From: Hydrolagus colliei
Taxonomy: Eukaryota
DNA: 64,000 nucleotides
Direction: 5' to 3'
Assembly (NCBI GenBank): GCA_035084275.1
Contig: CM068743.1
Span: 89,466,001-89,530,000 of the forward strand
Below, piece by piece: positions 1-12,315 of the stretch. Numbering within the stretch: the first letter of the stretch is position 1; every line of letters begins with the position of its first letter. The translations under genes were made by a program, and so were the position numbers. The notes under the pieces were generated by a model. The model saw only the letters and a list, made by a program, of their open reading frames with translations. It searched no databases and was not told the origin of the DNA.

Positions 1-59
1 CAGAAATGTACAGTTGCTGTATATTACAGAAAACTCTGTGAAGTACTTTTCTTGCGCTT

Positions 60-325
60 TTAGGGATCGCTGTCTACCGTGAGTGTTTTCTATTTGAATT
101 TGAGATGTCTAGAAGATGTGACAAGGCGCTGTATCAAATGCAAGGGTTATTATTATATATGGGGAGGGGGAAGATTACAGATGTGCCTAATTGTACTGAT
201 TTGCTGCTAGTTTTTGCCCACAAAATATGCAGTCAATTCACTTTACAGTATTTTCCATGAAGCACTTTGAGACGTCTCAAAGATGTGAAAAGGCACCGTA
301 TCAAATGCAAGGATTATTTTTTATT
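60..325 (+). mobile_element. Tandem 3' tail fragments of tRNA/DeuSINE-related SINE
   Basis: Repeated gaagcactttgagacgtc...gtgaaaaggc...atcaaatgcaaggattatt tail, shared with many copies in the window. Confidence 0.6.
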
Positions 326-479
326 GAATCATGTCTACGACCTATGACCACACGTGACCTACTAATAGTTGACGATTAAATGTGAGAACACTGACCAGAC
401 TCTTCCCACAGGTAGGGATACCAATTGTAATGCCTTTGCTATCTGGCTGTCATATTATGTCTGTATGTATCAGGAAGAA

Positions 480-1529
480 AACAGAGAGTAGGGATAAACA
501 GGTGCTTCTCAGCTTGGCAGGATGTGACCAGTGGACTGCCACAAGGATCAGTGATTGGGCCTCAACTATTTACAGTATCAATAATTTAGGTGAGAAATGC
601 AGCTTAACATATTTAAATTTGCAGATGATACGAAGCAAGGTGGTAGAGTAAGCTGTGAGGATGACACAAGAAGAATGCATAGGGATACAGACAGGCTAGG
701 TGAGTGGGCAAGAAGGTGGCATAGAGTATAATGTAGGGATGTGTGAAGTTATTCACCTAGGCAATAAAGATAGGACAGTGGATTATTTTCTAGAGTTTAA
801 GAGACTAGGTAGTGTTAGTGTTCAGAGGGATTTAAGTGTCCTTGCACACCAGTCACAAAAGGTTAGAATGTACTATGCAGGTACAGCAAGCAACTGGGGA
901 GGCTAATTCCATGTTGGCGTTCATTGCAAAAGGGTTAGAGTACAAAAGTAGGGAAGACTTGCTGCAATTGAATGGGTTCCTTGGTGAGACTGCACCTAGA
1001 ATATTGTGTGCAGTTTTGGTCTCCTTATTTAAGAAAATACATACTCGCTTTAGAGGGGGTGCAGCGTAGATTGGTTCCTGGGATAAGGGGGTTGAGCCAA
1101 CAATAACAACAACAAATTTGATTTATGTAGCACCCTCCATGCCGGACGGCATCTCAGAGCGCTTAAGGATAGGTTAAGTAATCTAGGCCTATATTCTCTA
1201 GAATATAGAAGAATTAGGGGTGATCTTATAGAAACCCATAAGATTCTTAAGGGGCTTGACAATGTGAGACTGTTTCCCCCAGTTGGAGAATCTAAAACTA
1301 GGGGTCATAGTCTCAAGATTAAGGATCGGCTTTTTCGAACAGATTTGAAGAAACATTTTTTCACTCAGAGGGTAGTGAATATGTGGAAGGATAGAGAGAT
1401 TAAGGGATATGGGATAGTGCAGTGTAAATGGAATTAGGTAAAAAGATCAGCCATGATCTTATTAAATGATGGGGTAGGCTTGAGGGGCCGAATGGTCTAC
1501 TCCTACTCCTATTTCTTATGTTCTTATGT
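480..1529 (+). mobile_element. CR1-clade LINE, 3' fragment (decayed RT and 3' UTR)
   Basis: Remnants of PQGSV.GP, KFADDT, CEVIHLG, QRDLSVL, ANSMLAFIAKGLEYKSRE. The tail ends tcctactcctatttcttatgttcttatg. Confidence 0.85.
1099..1166 (-). mobile_element. Ultra-short L2 3' tail inserted into the CR1
   Basis: (aac)n + atttatgtagcaccctccatgccggacggcatctcagagcgctt interrupts the CR1 sequence. The same motif occurs at about 31425-31480 and 32755-32800. Confidence 0.7.
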
Positions 1530-2109
1530 AGAACAATGCCATGTCAATTTCATGGGCAATTTCATGTGTACCACAGAAGGTGAAAGATGAAGCTTGAATA
1601 TACTTTAATTACCTTAAGTGGATTCAGCATTGATCCGATGTCATCGTGCTTAACCTTGTTGAGGTTTGTCACTATTTAGTCTAATTTTGTTGGTACAGGT
1701 ATTTGGTAAGCCATTCCACATTAAAATAGAATTGCAGCAAAATATTTTTATTTCAATAAATACTCAAGTAGAAAAATGAATACAATTAGAAATGCTGCGG
1801 TAGGAATGGCTTGTATGGTTTTCCAGGTACACAGTGATACAATTGTTTGCTGAACCAATGAATCTTGCAAAACATTCAAAGTTGTGCATTTTATTCTGTG
1901 CAATCATGTAATGTTACGGTTAAGAACCATACATTATTCATTTGGCTTATTGCAAGCTATTTCTGGGCATAGTGTACTCGAGTTGATAGTAATTTTCTGC
2001 CCTGCTTTTTGGTTGCCTTGTATTTAATTTTTTTTTTGAAATTAGGTGCTTGAAACATGAAGGAATGGAATGAAAATACTGTATTAAATGTCTATTGAAT
2101 TTGTTGCCA

Positions 2110-2765
2110 CCACAACAACAACACCCATGTAGCAGCCTCCACACAGGGTAGCACCTCAGAGCACTTAACAGTGGTAGAGCCTGACTCCTCGGGGTGCTGG
2201 GAGGGTGTTGGTGGCCATAAGCATGGTTGTAGAGGAAGGCTTTCAGGCGGGACTGGAGAAAGGGGCCAAGGCAAAGTGATTGGGGGAGAGTGTTCCAGAG
2301 TTTTGGAGGTGTAGTGGCTGAACACGCGACCTCCGATGGTAGGATTAAGTGTATGAGCGGGAGGCTAGTGATGGATTGGGGAGTGAAGATGTCAGAGAGG
2401 TTGGGAGGTGACAGAGAATGAAGGGAATTGAACATGTGTGAGGATCTTGAAGTGAATCCAGTAGAGGCTAGCCAGATTGGTGAAATGTGGGTAGAGGTTG
2501 ATCTGGGTCAGTATGTGAGTAGCAGAGTTCTGAATGAACTGGATCTTTCGAACAGTGGGGCTGGGGAGACCAGTGAGGAGTGCATTTGAGTAATCCAAGC
2601 AGGAGATGACAAACAGATGCACAAGGATTTTGGCTGCAATTGGGGTAAGGTATGGTTGGAGGTGAGCAATGTGGCGGAGGTGGAAAAAGGCTGACCTGGT
2701 CAGGGACTGATGTGGTGGAGGAAGGACAGCTGGGGGTCGAACTGCACGCCTCCATTGCACACTGG
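2110..2765 (-). mobile_element. L2-clade LINE 3' fragment
   Basis: SAFFHLRHIAHLQPYL...LVHLFVISCLDYSNALLTGLP...IQFIQNSA and a (TTG)n tail. Confidence 0.85.
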
Positions 2766-3502
2766 TTTGGTGGCTACAATAGCCAACATCTGCGTTTGTG
2801 ACTGCAAAGCTTTCTTAGCTACGTGCTTGCCTACATGCTCTGAGATGCTGCCCTGTGTTAGGGGCATTCTGTAAATGCAAGTTGTTGTTCATTATTCTCA
2901 AACTGCATAATCTATTTCAACCATCATAGTTTGTAATATAAAGCTTTGGATTGGGATTTCAGATACAAAATACTTTCAATTTATCTTTTGGGTATTGATA
3001 ATGAGCAGGCCAAATGTTTTGCCATCAGAAATATAGATTTTTTAAAAAATCTCCTAAATAAGAGATCATTTTCTTTCTGAAAGAGAGAGCAACATCGGGA
3101 AACAATGAGTGAGAAATCTGTCGGTGAGATGCAACAAAATTACATTTGTTGAGTGCCTTTCACATCGGGAGGATGTCCCAAGGCGCTCATGGTGGAGATA
3201 CAAGGATGATGGTTTTCACCTCATGTATACTTTGTCTTGTTTTGCTCACCCACAATGCTCAGAAATATCGTGGGTGCAGGGTTTTCAAGGTAAAAATAAA
3301 TTCTGTCTTGATTCACAACATACACTGTCACAGCACTTAATTTCTGCGAAGCGCTGAGACATCCTCCTGACTTAAAAGGCATCATATTGAATGCAATGAT
3401 TATTAGTGTATTCATCTCCACCACAAGATGATTGTGTAATCTTTTACATAGCTTCTTGTCTACCAGTTGAGGAAAATTTGTGAAAGATTTTGGCAAATTA
3501 GA

Positions 3503-3890
3503 CCATAGAAACAGGAGTAGGCCATTCAGCCCATCAAGTCTGTTCCTCCATTCTGTGAGATGATGGCTGATCTGTACTTCAAGTCTATTACCCGCCTTTG
3601 CCCTGTACTGTATCTCTTAATATCCTGACCTAACAAGTAACTACCGCAGTCTTGAAAATTGTGAATCAATCCAGCATCCACAGCCTTTTGAGGGAGCGAG
3701 TTTCAGATTTCCATTACCTTTGGGTCAAAAACTGCCTCCTAATTTCACTCCTAAATGGCCTAAGTCTTTTAAGATAATGCCCCCTTGTTATGGATAATCC
3801 TACCAAAGGAAATAATTTATTTGTATCTACCTTATCAAATTCCTTTATTATTAAAAAAAACGCAATCAGACCATCCCTCAAACTTTTAAA
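3503..3890 (-). mobile_element. CR1 LINE 3' fragment
   Basis: DKVDTNKLFPLVGLSITRGHYLK...RRQFLTQR and the CR1 tail ggagtaggccattcagccc. Confidence 0.8.
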
Positions 3891-4627
3891 TGCCTTACAT
3901 AACTGGATAGCATGTTTTACTCTTCGTGCTTCTGGTACAGCTCTGAAAAACAATAGACAGATCACCTCACTTGTTTTCTGTAGCATTTATCTGAGTATTG
4001 AAAGGTATATCACATCTGCTGCAGTTGCTTTATAGACATTTGAAGAGTGATGTTTTTCATGCTGCTATGTGCAACAGCTTGACAATAGCCTTTAAACTGG
4101 TTTTGATGGATGAACTCCAGAAGAAATTATCTTGTGATTGTGTATCTTGGATAGGATTTATTGTTTTGTGGCAATATTTGCTTCATGGGAATGTGAAAAG
4201 TGGTGTATAAATAGGGCATTAGAGTTGTTTTACATAGAAATAGTTCTGGAATAGAAAGATAGGAGTTTGCTTCACTTGAGATTTAAATTGATGTATTTAT
4301 AAGTCAATAACATTGCTGTGATTTCAAAGCCTTTGTTTGTAAAGTAATGCTTTTTGTAGTAAATGTTTGCAGGTCTTATTTAGTGCGATGATTGACCTGT
4401 CACTGAAAGTAAGGAAATAAATCAATTTTACAATTTTCTGTGCATTTGTTTGCACAGAAATTACAATTTTTTTCCAAAAGATTATAGATTAAGAGGATTG
4501 AGAAAATAGTAACAATCATAACAGCGGGATTAAAACTTGAAGAAAACCTCACATTTAATTTTGATTTTAGTGCACAAAAATGTAGAGGAATGTGATCAAA
4601 CACTTCAATCACTTGAAGGACGAGTTT

Positions 4628-4870
4628 GAGTTCCGTAGCTCAGTGACAAGTGAGAGATCTGGGTTTGTTTCCCAGCAGGGTAAAACAGTGGGCAATTTCC
4701 TTACTCCACACACCTGATAATAATCCCCCCACAAAAAACAGTCACTTCAATCCACGACTGTGTGTGGGACATGCTGTGTGCAATTGGCTACTGATTTTCA
4801 CCCACAAATTTACGGTCAATTCACTTCACGGTATATCTGCACTATATCAAATGCAAGAATTCTTATAATA
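4628..4870 (+). mobile_element. tRNA-derived SINE (short family)
   Basis: A-box-like head gtagctcagtg, B-box-like gggtttgtttccc, ggcaatttccttactccaca, and the shared tail. Confidence 0.7.
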
Positions 4871-4914
4871 TAGATGTAAACAGTTTGGCTATTGGGTTAA
4901 CTTTGTTTAATTGC

Positions 4915-6200
4915 TTCCTAGCCTGACCTCCTTGCCCCACTACTCACAGGCATCATTAATCTCTCCCTGTCCACTGGCACCGTTCCCACCTCTTTAAAAT
5001 CGATCGTCATCATTCCTTTCATTAAAAAACCCTCCCTGGACCCATCCCTCTCTTAAACCACTGGCCCGTCTCCAACCTCCCTTGCCTCTCCAAGGTCCTG
5101 GAACAACTTGTTGCTGTACACCTGCCATTCTCTTCACAAATCCCTCCAATTAGGTTTCCGTACCGCGCCCACAGCACAGAAGTGGCTCTGGTCAAAGCAA
5201 CAAATAACATTTTGTCCATCTGTGACACCTTGTTCTCCTTGACCTCTCTGCTGCCTTTGATACCATTGATCATTCTATCCTCCTCCACCACCTCTCCTCT
5301 CACCTCAACCTTCATGGTTCCGTCCTTGAATGGTTCAGATCCTCCTCACACCATCTCCATAAACAGTTTCTCCTCCAGCCTGTGCACTATCTCGTGCAGC
5401 GTTCCTCAGGGCTCTGTCCTTGATTCCCTCCTCCCCTTCAATATCTATGTGCTCACTCTTGGTGACATCATCTGCAGATGTAGGTCAAAGTTCACATTTA
5501 TACGGATGACACCCAACTATTTCTCTGTCTTCCCTTAACTCCAGAACCACTGCTGTCCTGACAGAATGTCTGTCAGAAATCAATTCTTGGATGAGAACTG
5601 ACTTACTTCAGTTGAATGTCAGCAGGACCAAGGCCCTCCTGATGGGCTCCCGTTAGTGCCTCAACACCTCGGGCTGACAACATCACCATCCAAGGATGCA
5701 CACTCGACCTTACTAAAACATCGCCTGTCTCTGTCACTGCCTCACACAGCAGGGCACCAAAACGCTCGCAAATGTATTCATAACATCTATGCTTGACTAT
5801 GCAAACTCCCTGCTTGTCACACTCCCCAACTCCTCTCTCTATAAGCTACAGATCCTCCAGAATTCTGCAGCCTGTGTCCTCTCCCACACCAGGCTCTGTG
5901 ACCCTATCACCTCCATCGCTCAACTCTACTGGTTTCCCATTACTTTGAGGATACAGTTCAAGATCATGATCCTCACCTTTAAAGCCCTCCATGGCCTTCT
6001 CTCCCCCTACCTCTGTGACTTCCTAAACCCCTACCAACTTACCCACTCCGTCCACTCAGCAAGCTCTGGCATGCTTCCCCCACATTGTCCACCCCACCAT
6101 TAGCATACGGGCCTTCAGCCACTTTGCCCCCACCTCATAGAACTTTCATTCTGCAGTCCCTCCACCTCTCTCCCTCATTGTCTTCGTCAAGATCTGTCTT
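4915..6200 (+). mobile_element. L2 LINE fragment (decayed RT)
   Basis: SVPQGSVL...FNIYVLTLGDII and LDYANSLLVTLPNSSLYKLQILQNSAA. Frameshifted. Confidence 0.85.
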
Positions 6201-6249
6201 TCACATTGTCAGGGTGTCCAAGATGCTGGACACAAAGTATTTCAGACCT

Positions 6250-6645
6250 CAGCTGGGGTTGAGATAGTGGAGGGTGGAGGGAAAGGGGGTGACCGACAGC
6301 ACGGTCGAAGAGGACGGTATTGAGACGGGACTTGAAGAGGAAAGAGAGGGGTGAGGCAGAGGGATTGCGGGATGGAATTCCAAAGGTTGGGGGTGGGGTG
6401 CCCGAAAGTTCATCCGTCGATGGTCGGAGGACATGGAGCAGGCCGAAGCCCACTGAGTGGATGGAATGGACAGGTTGGTAGGGGATTGGGTGGTTGCAGT
6501 GGCAGAAGAGGTTGCAAGGCCATGGGGGGCTTTGAAGGTGAAGACCGGCATCTTGAATTGAATCATTTGTGTGATGGGAAGCCGATAGAGTTGGGCGAGG
6601 ATGGGTGGGGTGGTGGAGGTAATAGGTTCATGGAGCTGTAGGAGA
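6250..6645 (-). mobile_element. L2 LINE 3' fragment (inverted relative to neighbour)
   Basis: LYRLPITQMIQFKMPVFTFKAPHGLA and FKSRLNTVLFDRA. Confidence 0.8.
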
Positions 6646-7240
6646 GGACCATACAAATGTAATTTGTAAAATGAAAGGTGCTATACAAATGTAATTTTTT
6701 GTTGTTTTAATTTAACTCGGTTGGTATCACAAAACTGAAGGATAAAAAGACATGATAAAAAATTCCTGAGAAAAAATTAGAGACTCAAATATTTTTCCTT
6801 CTAAATAATAGATACATGGAATCGAGTAAAAAGCAAATAATTGTAATATGTTGAGCTTCATTTTTTGAAACATGGACCTGTTTGCAGGGCTAACATTTAC
6901 AAATATGCCCTCAGTGTTGAAACCAATTCATGGAGTTAGGACCCGAGTGCAGCAAACAATTTCCCTGCTGGTGTATCTAAACTAATTCTAAAAATATTTG
7001 GGAATCCCACAGTTTATTGTTTTGTTTTAGGTCTTTCCCATTACAGTCATCTTATTTAACTATAAGGACCCGTTGAAAAGTCTCCCTCAGATTACCATAA
7101 CAATTTATCTGCAATTACAAATGGTCTTTGTCTTGCATTTTATATGTTAATTGTATTAAAGAATAATACAATTGTATACTTTACATTGTACACTTTTAAT
7201 TTCCGCACTGTATACTTTAATTGATTTTGTGTTGATCCAT

Positions 7241-7575
7241 ACAACAACAACAAAGTTGCCTTTCATGTTGGGAGGACGTCCCAAGCTGCTGAACAGTCAG
7301 GGATCGGGACCTGAGCATGGGGGAGGGGCAGGGTAGGGCAGAGCATAGGGAAAGAGGTGGGAGGGCGGCAGAAAGCACATTCGAAAAGGATGGTCTTGAG
7401 ACCGGCCGTGAAGGAAGCAAGGGTGGAAGGGAGGCGAAGGGATTGTGGGATGGAGTTCCAGAGTGTGGGAGCAGAGGGGCTGAAAGCCCGGCCACTGATG
7501 GTAGGGTAGGTCAGGTGGAGGACATGGACAGATCGGAGCCTGCTGAATGGAGGGTGCGGGCAGGTTGGTAGGGAG
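7241..7575 (-). mobile_element. L2 LINE 3' end
   Basis: GRAFSPSAPTLWNSIPQSLRL...LKTILF and a (TTG)n tail. Confidence 0.8.
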
Positions 7576-7782
7576 ACTCCAACATACAATTTTAAACTAG
7601 ATATTGGCCTTTTGAGGCTGGCTCATTGGCAGGATTTAGAAGGGCAGACTGGTCACTGAGGGCAGAGAATCTTCCCACTCAACATCGCTGGTTCAGCTTT
7701 AGGAAAGCTTGCTTCTTTGTTGGGCTTTCAATTGATGCTTTCTTACCTTGAAATAGTAACACATGTATAATTTTCTTATAAG

Positions 7783-7915
7783 TTCCGAATGAATGAGTTT
7801 GGGACCCTGGAGATTATTACTACTGAAGAGCAGAATGGAGAAGCCACTCCAGAAGTTGTTGCTGAGACATGTGTGAAAAATAAAGGCTGCCACATTGTTG
7901 CTACAGACCCTCAAG
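7783..7915 (+). CDS. l3mbtl4: L3MBTL4-like coding exon A (FRMNEFGTLEIITTEEQNGEATPEVVAETCVKNKGCHIVATDPQ)
   Basis: Acceptor ttttcttataag, donor AAG|gtaagg, 133 nt, phase 0->1. FRxNEFGxLEVI is the conserved N-terminal block of L3MBTL3-type proteins. Confidence 0.85.
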
Positions 7916-9277
7916 GTAAGGAAAACCCTGGCTAAAATTTATAATTGTTTTCTATTACATTCCTTGTGTTAATTTGACTGGAATGTTTCCTATACTTGTA
8001 ATGGAATTAGGGTGGGAGGAGGTTCAGATCTGTGGTTGTATTTTATCACTGATGAAAAAGGCCCTTGAAACCAATCCTTCCAGGATACCTGTTATAGCAT
8101 CAAACTGATTCTTAAATTGTCCTGGCCTCCACTGCACATGTTCATCAATGGGAGAGATTACTAAGAGTGTTAAAAGAATTTTAGCAACACTAAATATTTT
8201 TTAGGCCCAATAAGCCCATCCCTTTTAGATTGGCCGATCTTAACAACAACTTGCATTTATATAATGCCCACCACGCCAGACAGCTTCTATAATAATATAT
8301 AATATAATAATCCTTGCATTTGACAGGCCCGTACGAAGGGGGGGTGCGACGGGTGCGTACGCACCCCACCAAATTATAAAAGGTCCACATTTTCCGGGTT
8401 AGAGAATTGTATATTTTATCAAATTTAAATACCAAGTAAAGTAAATTTATTGAACATTTGTGTAACAATCAGTTCTTCAAAACTATGTATAAATTATAAA
8501 CACACATCTTTGAATGTTTTAGTATTAATATAAAATTATCGAGTCGCACACCAGAATCGGCGTCTACGCAAAACATACCGCGTCGATAGACGAGTCAATG
8601 ACGCGGCGAGTCTGTGACTCGTGACTGGATAAACATAGGCGCGCGCCAAGACTCAAATCCTCGTTTGGAAATCATCCCGTAAACAGCCACAAGTGACAGC
8701 ACCACTTCTGGAAGTTAAAATCATCTTGTCATCTGATCACCGTAAGTAAAAATGACTCAAGTTTTGAGAGGTGTGACTGTAATGCTAGCAAACAATGACA
8801 ACATATTTACAAGCTTCTGAGAAATTAAAGCTTTTGAGAACCCAACAAAAAAGTTATATGCTGGACGGGAATGCCTATCTTTAAAAAAAATACTCATGGA
8901 CGTAGACCTATGCTTTAGCGCCTATTCTACATGGTGTGTCAATCGGAAATCATCCCGTATACAGTCACTACATAAAAAGGTAGCACCACTTTGTGGAAGC
9001 TGAAATCGTATTTGAATCTGATAAATGTAAGTAAAAATGACTTAAGTTTTGATAGGCGTGTTTCTGAAATATCATGTTTCTTGTTTTGTCTTGATTATCA
9101 CATTTGATTTATATTATTAAAAATGTATTCCTGTAATTAAAAATTGCTTTTAGAGACGTCCACTGGCATGCAAAAAACATATGACCGCAAAGATAAACAG
9201 TGCTACTTTATTTCACATTCAGTTTTGTACCCAGTGAAAAAACATCAATGTCGCACGAATTTGGCATAAAAATAGTT

Positions 9278-9697
9278 TCACCATCATCTGATCGAGCGAA
9301 CTCGGGCATTGACAACCACACTTCTCCACTGATCCCTTCTCTCCATGCAGCCTGACAACTCCCGCCTGCCAATACCCGAATCGCGCTCCAGAGTATCGAT
9401 GTAGGTTAGGGTCAGTCTACCTCGTGTTCTGTGACAGTGCAATGGTTCCCATAGGATAGTAGGACTATGGACAGTTTCCTCCCGGCTTCTCCAGCTATGT
9501 CCGCTAAACCTAAGTCGCCTCTGCAGTAATGTCTGTGATACCAGTGTGGTAGTGTACCATATAGCTCACTATTTGTCAGATGCTGTCGCCAGTAAACGTT
9601 CAGGGCGTCTCTTTAAAGCCTGGTATATACCTCATGAGTCACCTAATCTCCTGGTCAAGGTTTGCGTAAGTGTCCAGCATTCTGCTCCATCTAGGAG
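9278..9697 (-). mobile_element. RTE-clade LINE 3' fragment inside the hAT element
   Basis: Minus-strand translation with frameshifts: LLDGAECWTLTQTLTRRL...YTRL*RDALNVYWRQHLTNSELYGTLP...QRRLRFSGHSWRSREE...LWEPLHCHRTRGRLTLTYIDTLERDSG...MERRDQWRSVVVNARVRSIR*, then a short TGATGGTGA tail. Confidence 0.8.
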
Positions 9698-9823
9698 CGA
9701 CTTTCAGCACTCGCGTTAATGCACATTCATTATAATATGGAAATCGATATTGGTAGAGTGGTTGACGTATTCGCTTCAAAGCAACCAAGGCGTCTCGAAT
9801 ATGGAACGCTATTAAAGAATTAA
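9695..9823 (+). pseudogene. hAT transposase C-terminal dimerisation-domain remnant (ERLSALALMHIHYNMEIDIGRVVDVFASKQPRRLEYGTLLKN*)
   Basis: Manual translation. It matches the ERLxxLALxxIH...IDxxxVIDxFAxxxPRRL ending of Tip100/PRKRIR/ZMYM1-type hAT transposases. Confidence 0.85.
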
Positions 9824-12315
9824 TTTCCCCTCCCTTATTTTTTCAAGTATTTTTTCTTCAGATCAGTATTGCTTGATGGGTCACTTCCTTTAATTTTGAT
9901 TCTAAATAAATAAACAAAAACTAACTACACTATTGCTCACAGTTCAACGATATTTTCAGGATAATGCTGATAACAGGCTTGTAACACGTGTGAATTAACT
10001 GTTTTACACTGATTTTCAGTTTCTGTATATTTTCTTGTCTTTTATAAAATTTACTTTGCTGGAATATCTGAGCACATAATTCAAACTTTACTCTTACATT
10101 ATTGTTCATTACAGTCCGAAAGAAATTGAGTCTTAGGATAACAATGCAAAACAACTTATTAATTACTGTCAATCTGTAGTTTATGATCATTTTCTCTTAT
10201 ACGCATACATTTATCAAGCATTCGTCATTGTACTGTTTTAATTGGATTGTAATTTACTTTATCGTTCACATTCCGTACATCATCGAGTCAACAATCGTGT
10301 TTGCTTTTATCGGCGAACACATTCGACCTTCCCAAAAATTTAGACACGGACTACCGGGGAAAATAAAAACACTGAATAAATAATGATGCTCTTAAACACC
10401 AAGGGCATGAAACATTTACCGTTCATATTGGATCTTCTGAACCGATTAAATAAGACCTCAAACTGTGTAAAACGTCGGAGCCTCGAGGGGGCTTCGGGGG
10501 CAGCCCGCAAACCCCCAGCCATTGTTGGTCCCATCACTAGCAATTCGCACCCCGCCATTAAAAATCCTGCGTACGGCCCTGTTTGATATAGCGCTTTTCA
10601 CATCTTATCGACGTCCCAAAGCGCTTCACAGAATATACTGTAAAGTGAATTGACTGTATATATTTGTGGGCGAATCGCAGCAGCCAATTGCGTATAGCAG
10701 TGTCCCACACACAATCATGGATTGAAATAACCAATTTAATTATTGTGATTTTTTTTAGAGGGATTATTATTAGGTGTGTGGAGTAAGGAAACTTGCCCAA
10801 GGTTTCGACCTGACCTGCCTGGATTCGAACACAGATCTCCCCAGCTTGGTCTCCCCAGCTTGTAAGACAAGTGCTCTAACCACTGAGCCACAGGAGCTTC
10901 TCAGAGCGCTTCACAATAGCGATGCCTGGGGCCGAGACAGCGGGAGGGGGAAGGTGACCATAGGCATAGTCGAACAGAAAAATCTTCAGATGCGACCTGA
11001 AAATCGAAAAGGACAGGATGAGGTGAAGGATTGAGAGAGGGAGTTCCAGAGTTTTGGGGCATAGTGGCTGAAGGCATGGCTGCCGATGGTGGAGCGGAAT
11101 GGTTCAGCATTTGTGAATGGTGGCGGAGGGGAGTCAGGAGAGGAGAGCGTTGGAGTAGACCAGCTGAGAGGTGACAAAGGCATGGACTAGGGTTTTGGCA
11201 GCTTTTGGGGTAAGATATTAGCAGAGACGGGAAATGTGGTGGGAATGGAAGAAGGGACCGGATGTGGGGGTGGAAGAATAATTGTGGGTCGAACCTGACG
11301 CCTAGGTTGCGTATGGGTTCGGAGAATTGTAGGGGCAGTTCGGGTAGGTGGAGGAAGTGAGAGCCATGGGACTGAAGATATCGACGAGAACCAAAGTGTA
11401 TGGCTTCCGTCTTGTCAATGTTTAGCTGCAGGAAGGTTGCGCTCATCTGGCTCTTGATGTCTTAACCGACAGGCTGACAGAACATCAGGGGAATGGAGGT
11501 CACAATTTAAGGTGGAAAAGTAGAGTTGTCGTCTGCATACATGTGGAAGTTTGCCCCATGTCTGCTTATGACACCACCTATAGTTTTGCATATTGTAGCA
11601 TACTTGTGGAACACTACCCTGTGAGGAGGGCGCAATATAAGTGCAAGGTGTTGTTGTACGTTGTGCTGATCTCAGCTCCAGTAGCATACACATTTTCTAT
11701 TTATTGCTCCAGTGGCTTTTCAGAACAGAAATACTGAATAACTACTAATCAGTGGGAACTTTAATCACAATGCTGTGTTTAATGAACATTGCAAACGAAC
11801 TTCTCTAAACTTCATTAGTTTGGAGTGTGATTGGAATGCTATAATGCTCTTCATTGCTTTATCTGGGATATTGCAATAGTTCTCAGAAAATGCTGCATTG
11901 ATGCAGGATAGTAACAGAATTCGCATTTATTTTGGAGCAAGAGTTGTACTGAAGATCATTGTTCATCAGAATTTAAACGTGACTGTCATTTTCTTGGTGA
12001 TCAATGCTAAATGTTGCTTCAGCCTCTCGAATGATTTGATCACTGCAACATTAACATTAACAGAAAATAGCATCTTGCCCACTTAATTAATCAATATGAT
12101 TGATCACGAATTATAGTAGTACACATCTGTAGAAGCTATCAGGCAAAGAAAATGTATTAGATTTGGTGAAGTGGACAGCTAAATCATTGCTGGAAATAAT
12201 TTAAATAGATAGTAATAATAATTTGGTTACTCAATCCATGACTGTTTGTAGGACACTGCTGTGCACGTTGTGCACGTTATGACCACAAAACACATACCCA
12301 CTACACTTTATAGTA

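Larger units (their letters stand above)
8324..10581 (+). mobile_element. Non-autonomous hAT-superfamily DNA transposon with 5-bp TSD (hAT5-like)
   Basis: TIRs CAGGCCCGTACGAAGG / CCTGCGTACGGCCCTG. TTTGA is duplicated at 8319-8323 and 10582-10586. A transposase C-terminal remnant lies at 9695-9823. Confidence 0.85.
8289..10894 (-). mobile_element. tRNA-derived SINE (interrupted by hAT), TSD AGCTTCT
   Basis: Tail (taa)n-tccttgcatttga resumes as tatagcgcttttcac at 10587. The tRNA head is at about 10810-10894. AGCTTCT occurs at 8282-8288 and 10895-10901. Confidence 0.85.
8242..11575 (-). mobile_element. L2 LINE fragment interrupted by a SINE/hAT/RTE nest
   Basis: Tail 8242-8288 continues at 10902 (cagagcgcttcac). 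Body encodes FLQLNIDKTEAIHFG...IRNLGVRFDPQL and YADD (gtcgtctgcata on +). Confidence 0.8.

Noticed and set aside
1-7782. Upstream L3MBTL exon or promoter (expected ...WKDG...GSDLK exon)
   Set aside because: No matching coding sequence or CpG island was found, so it is presumably upstream of the window.
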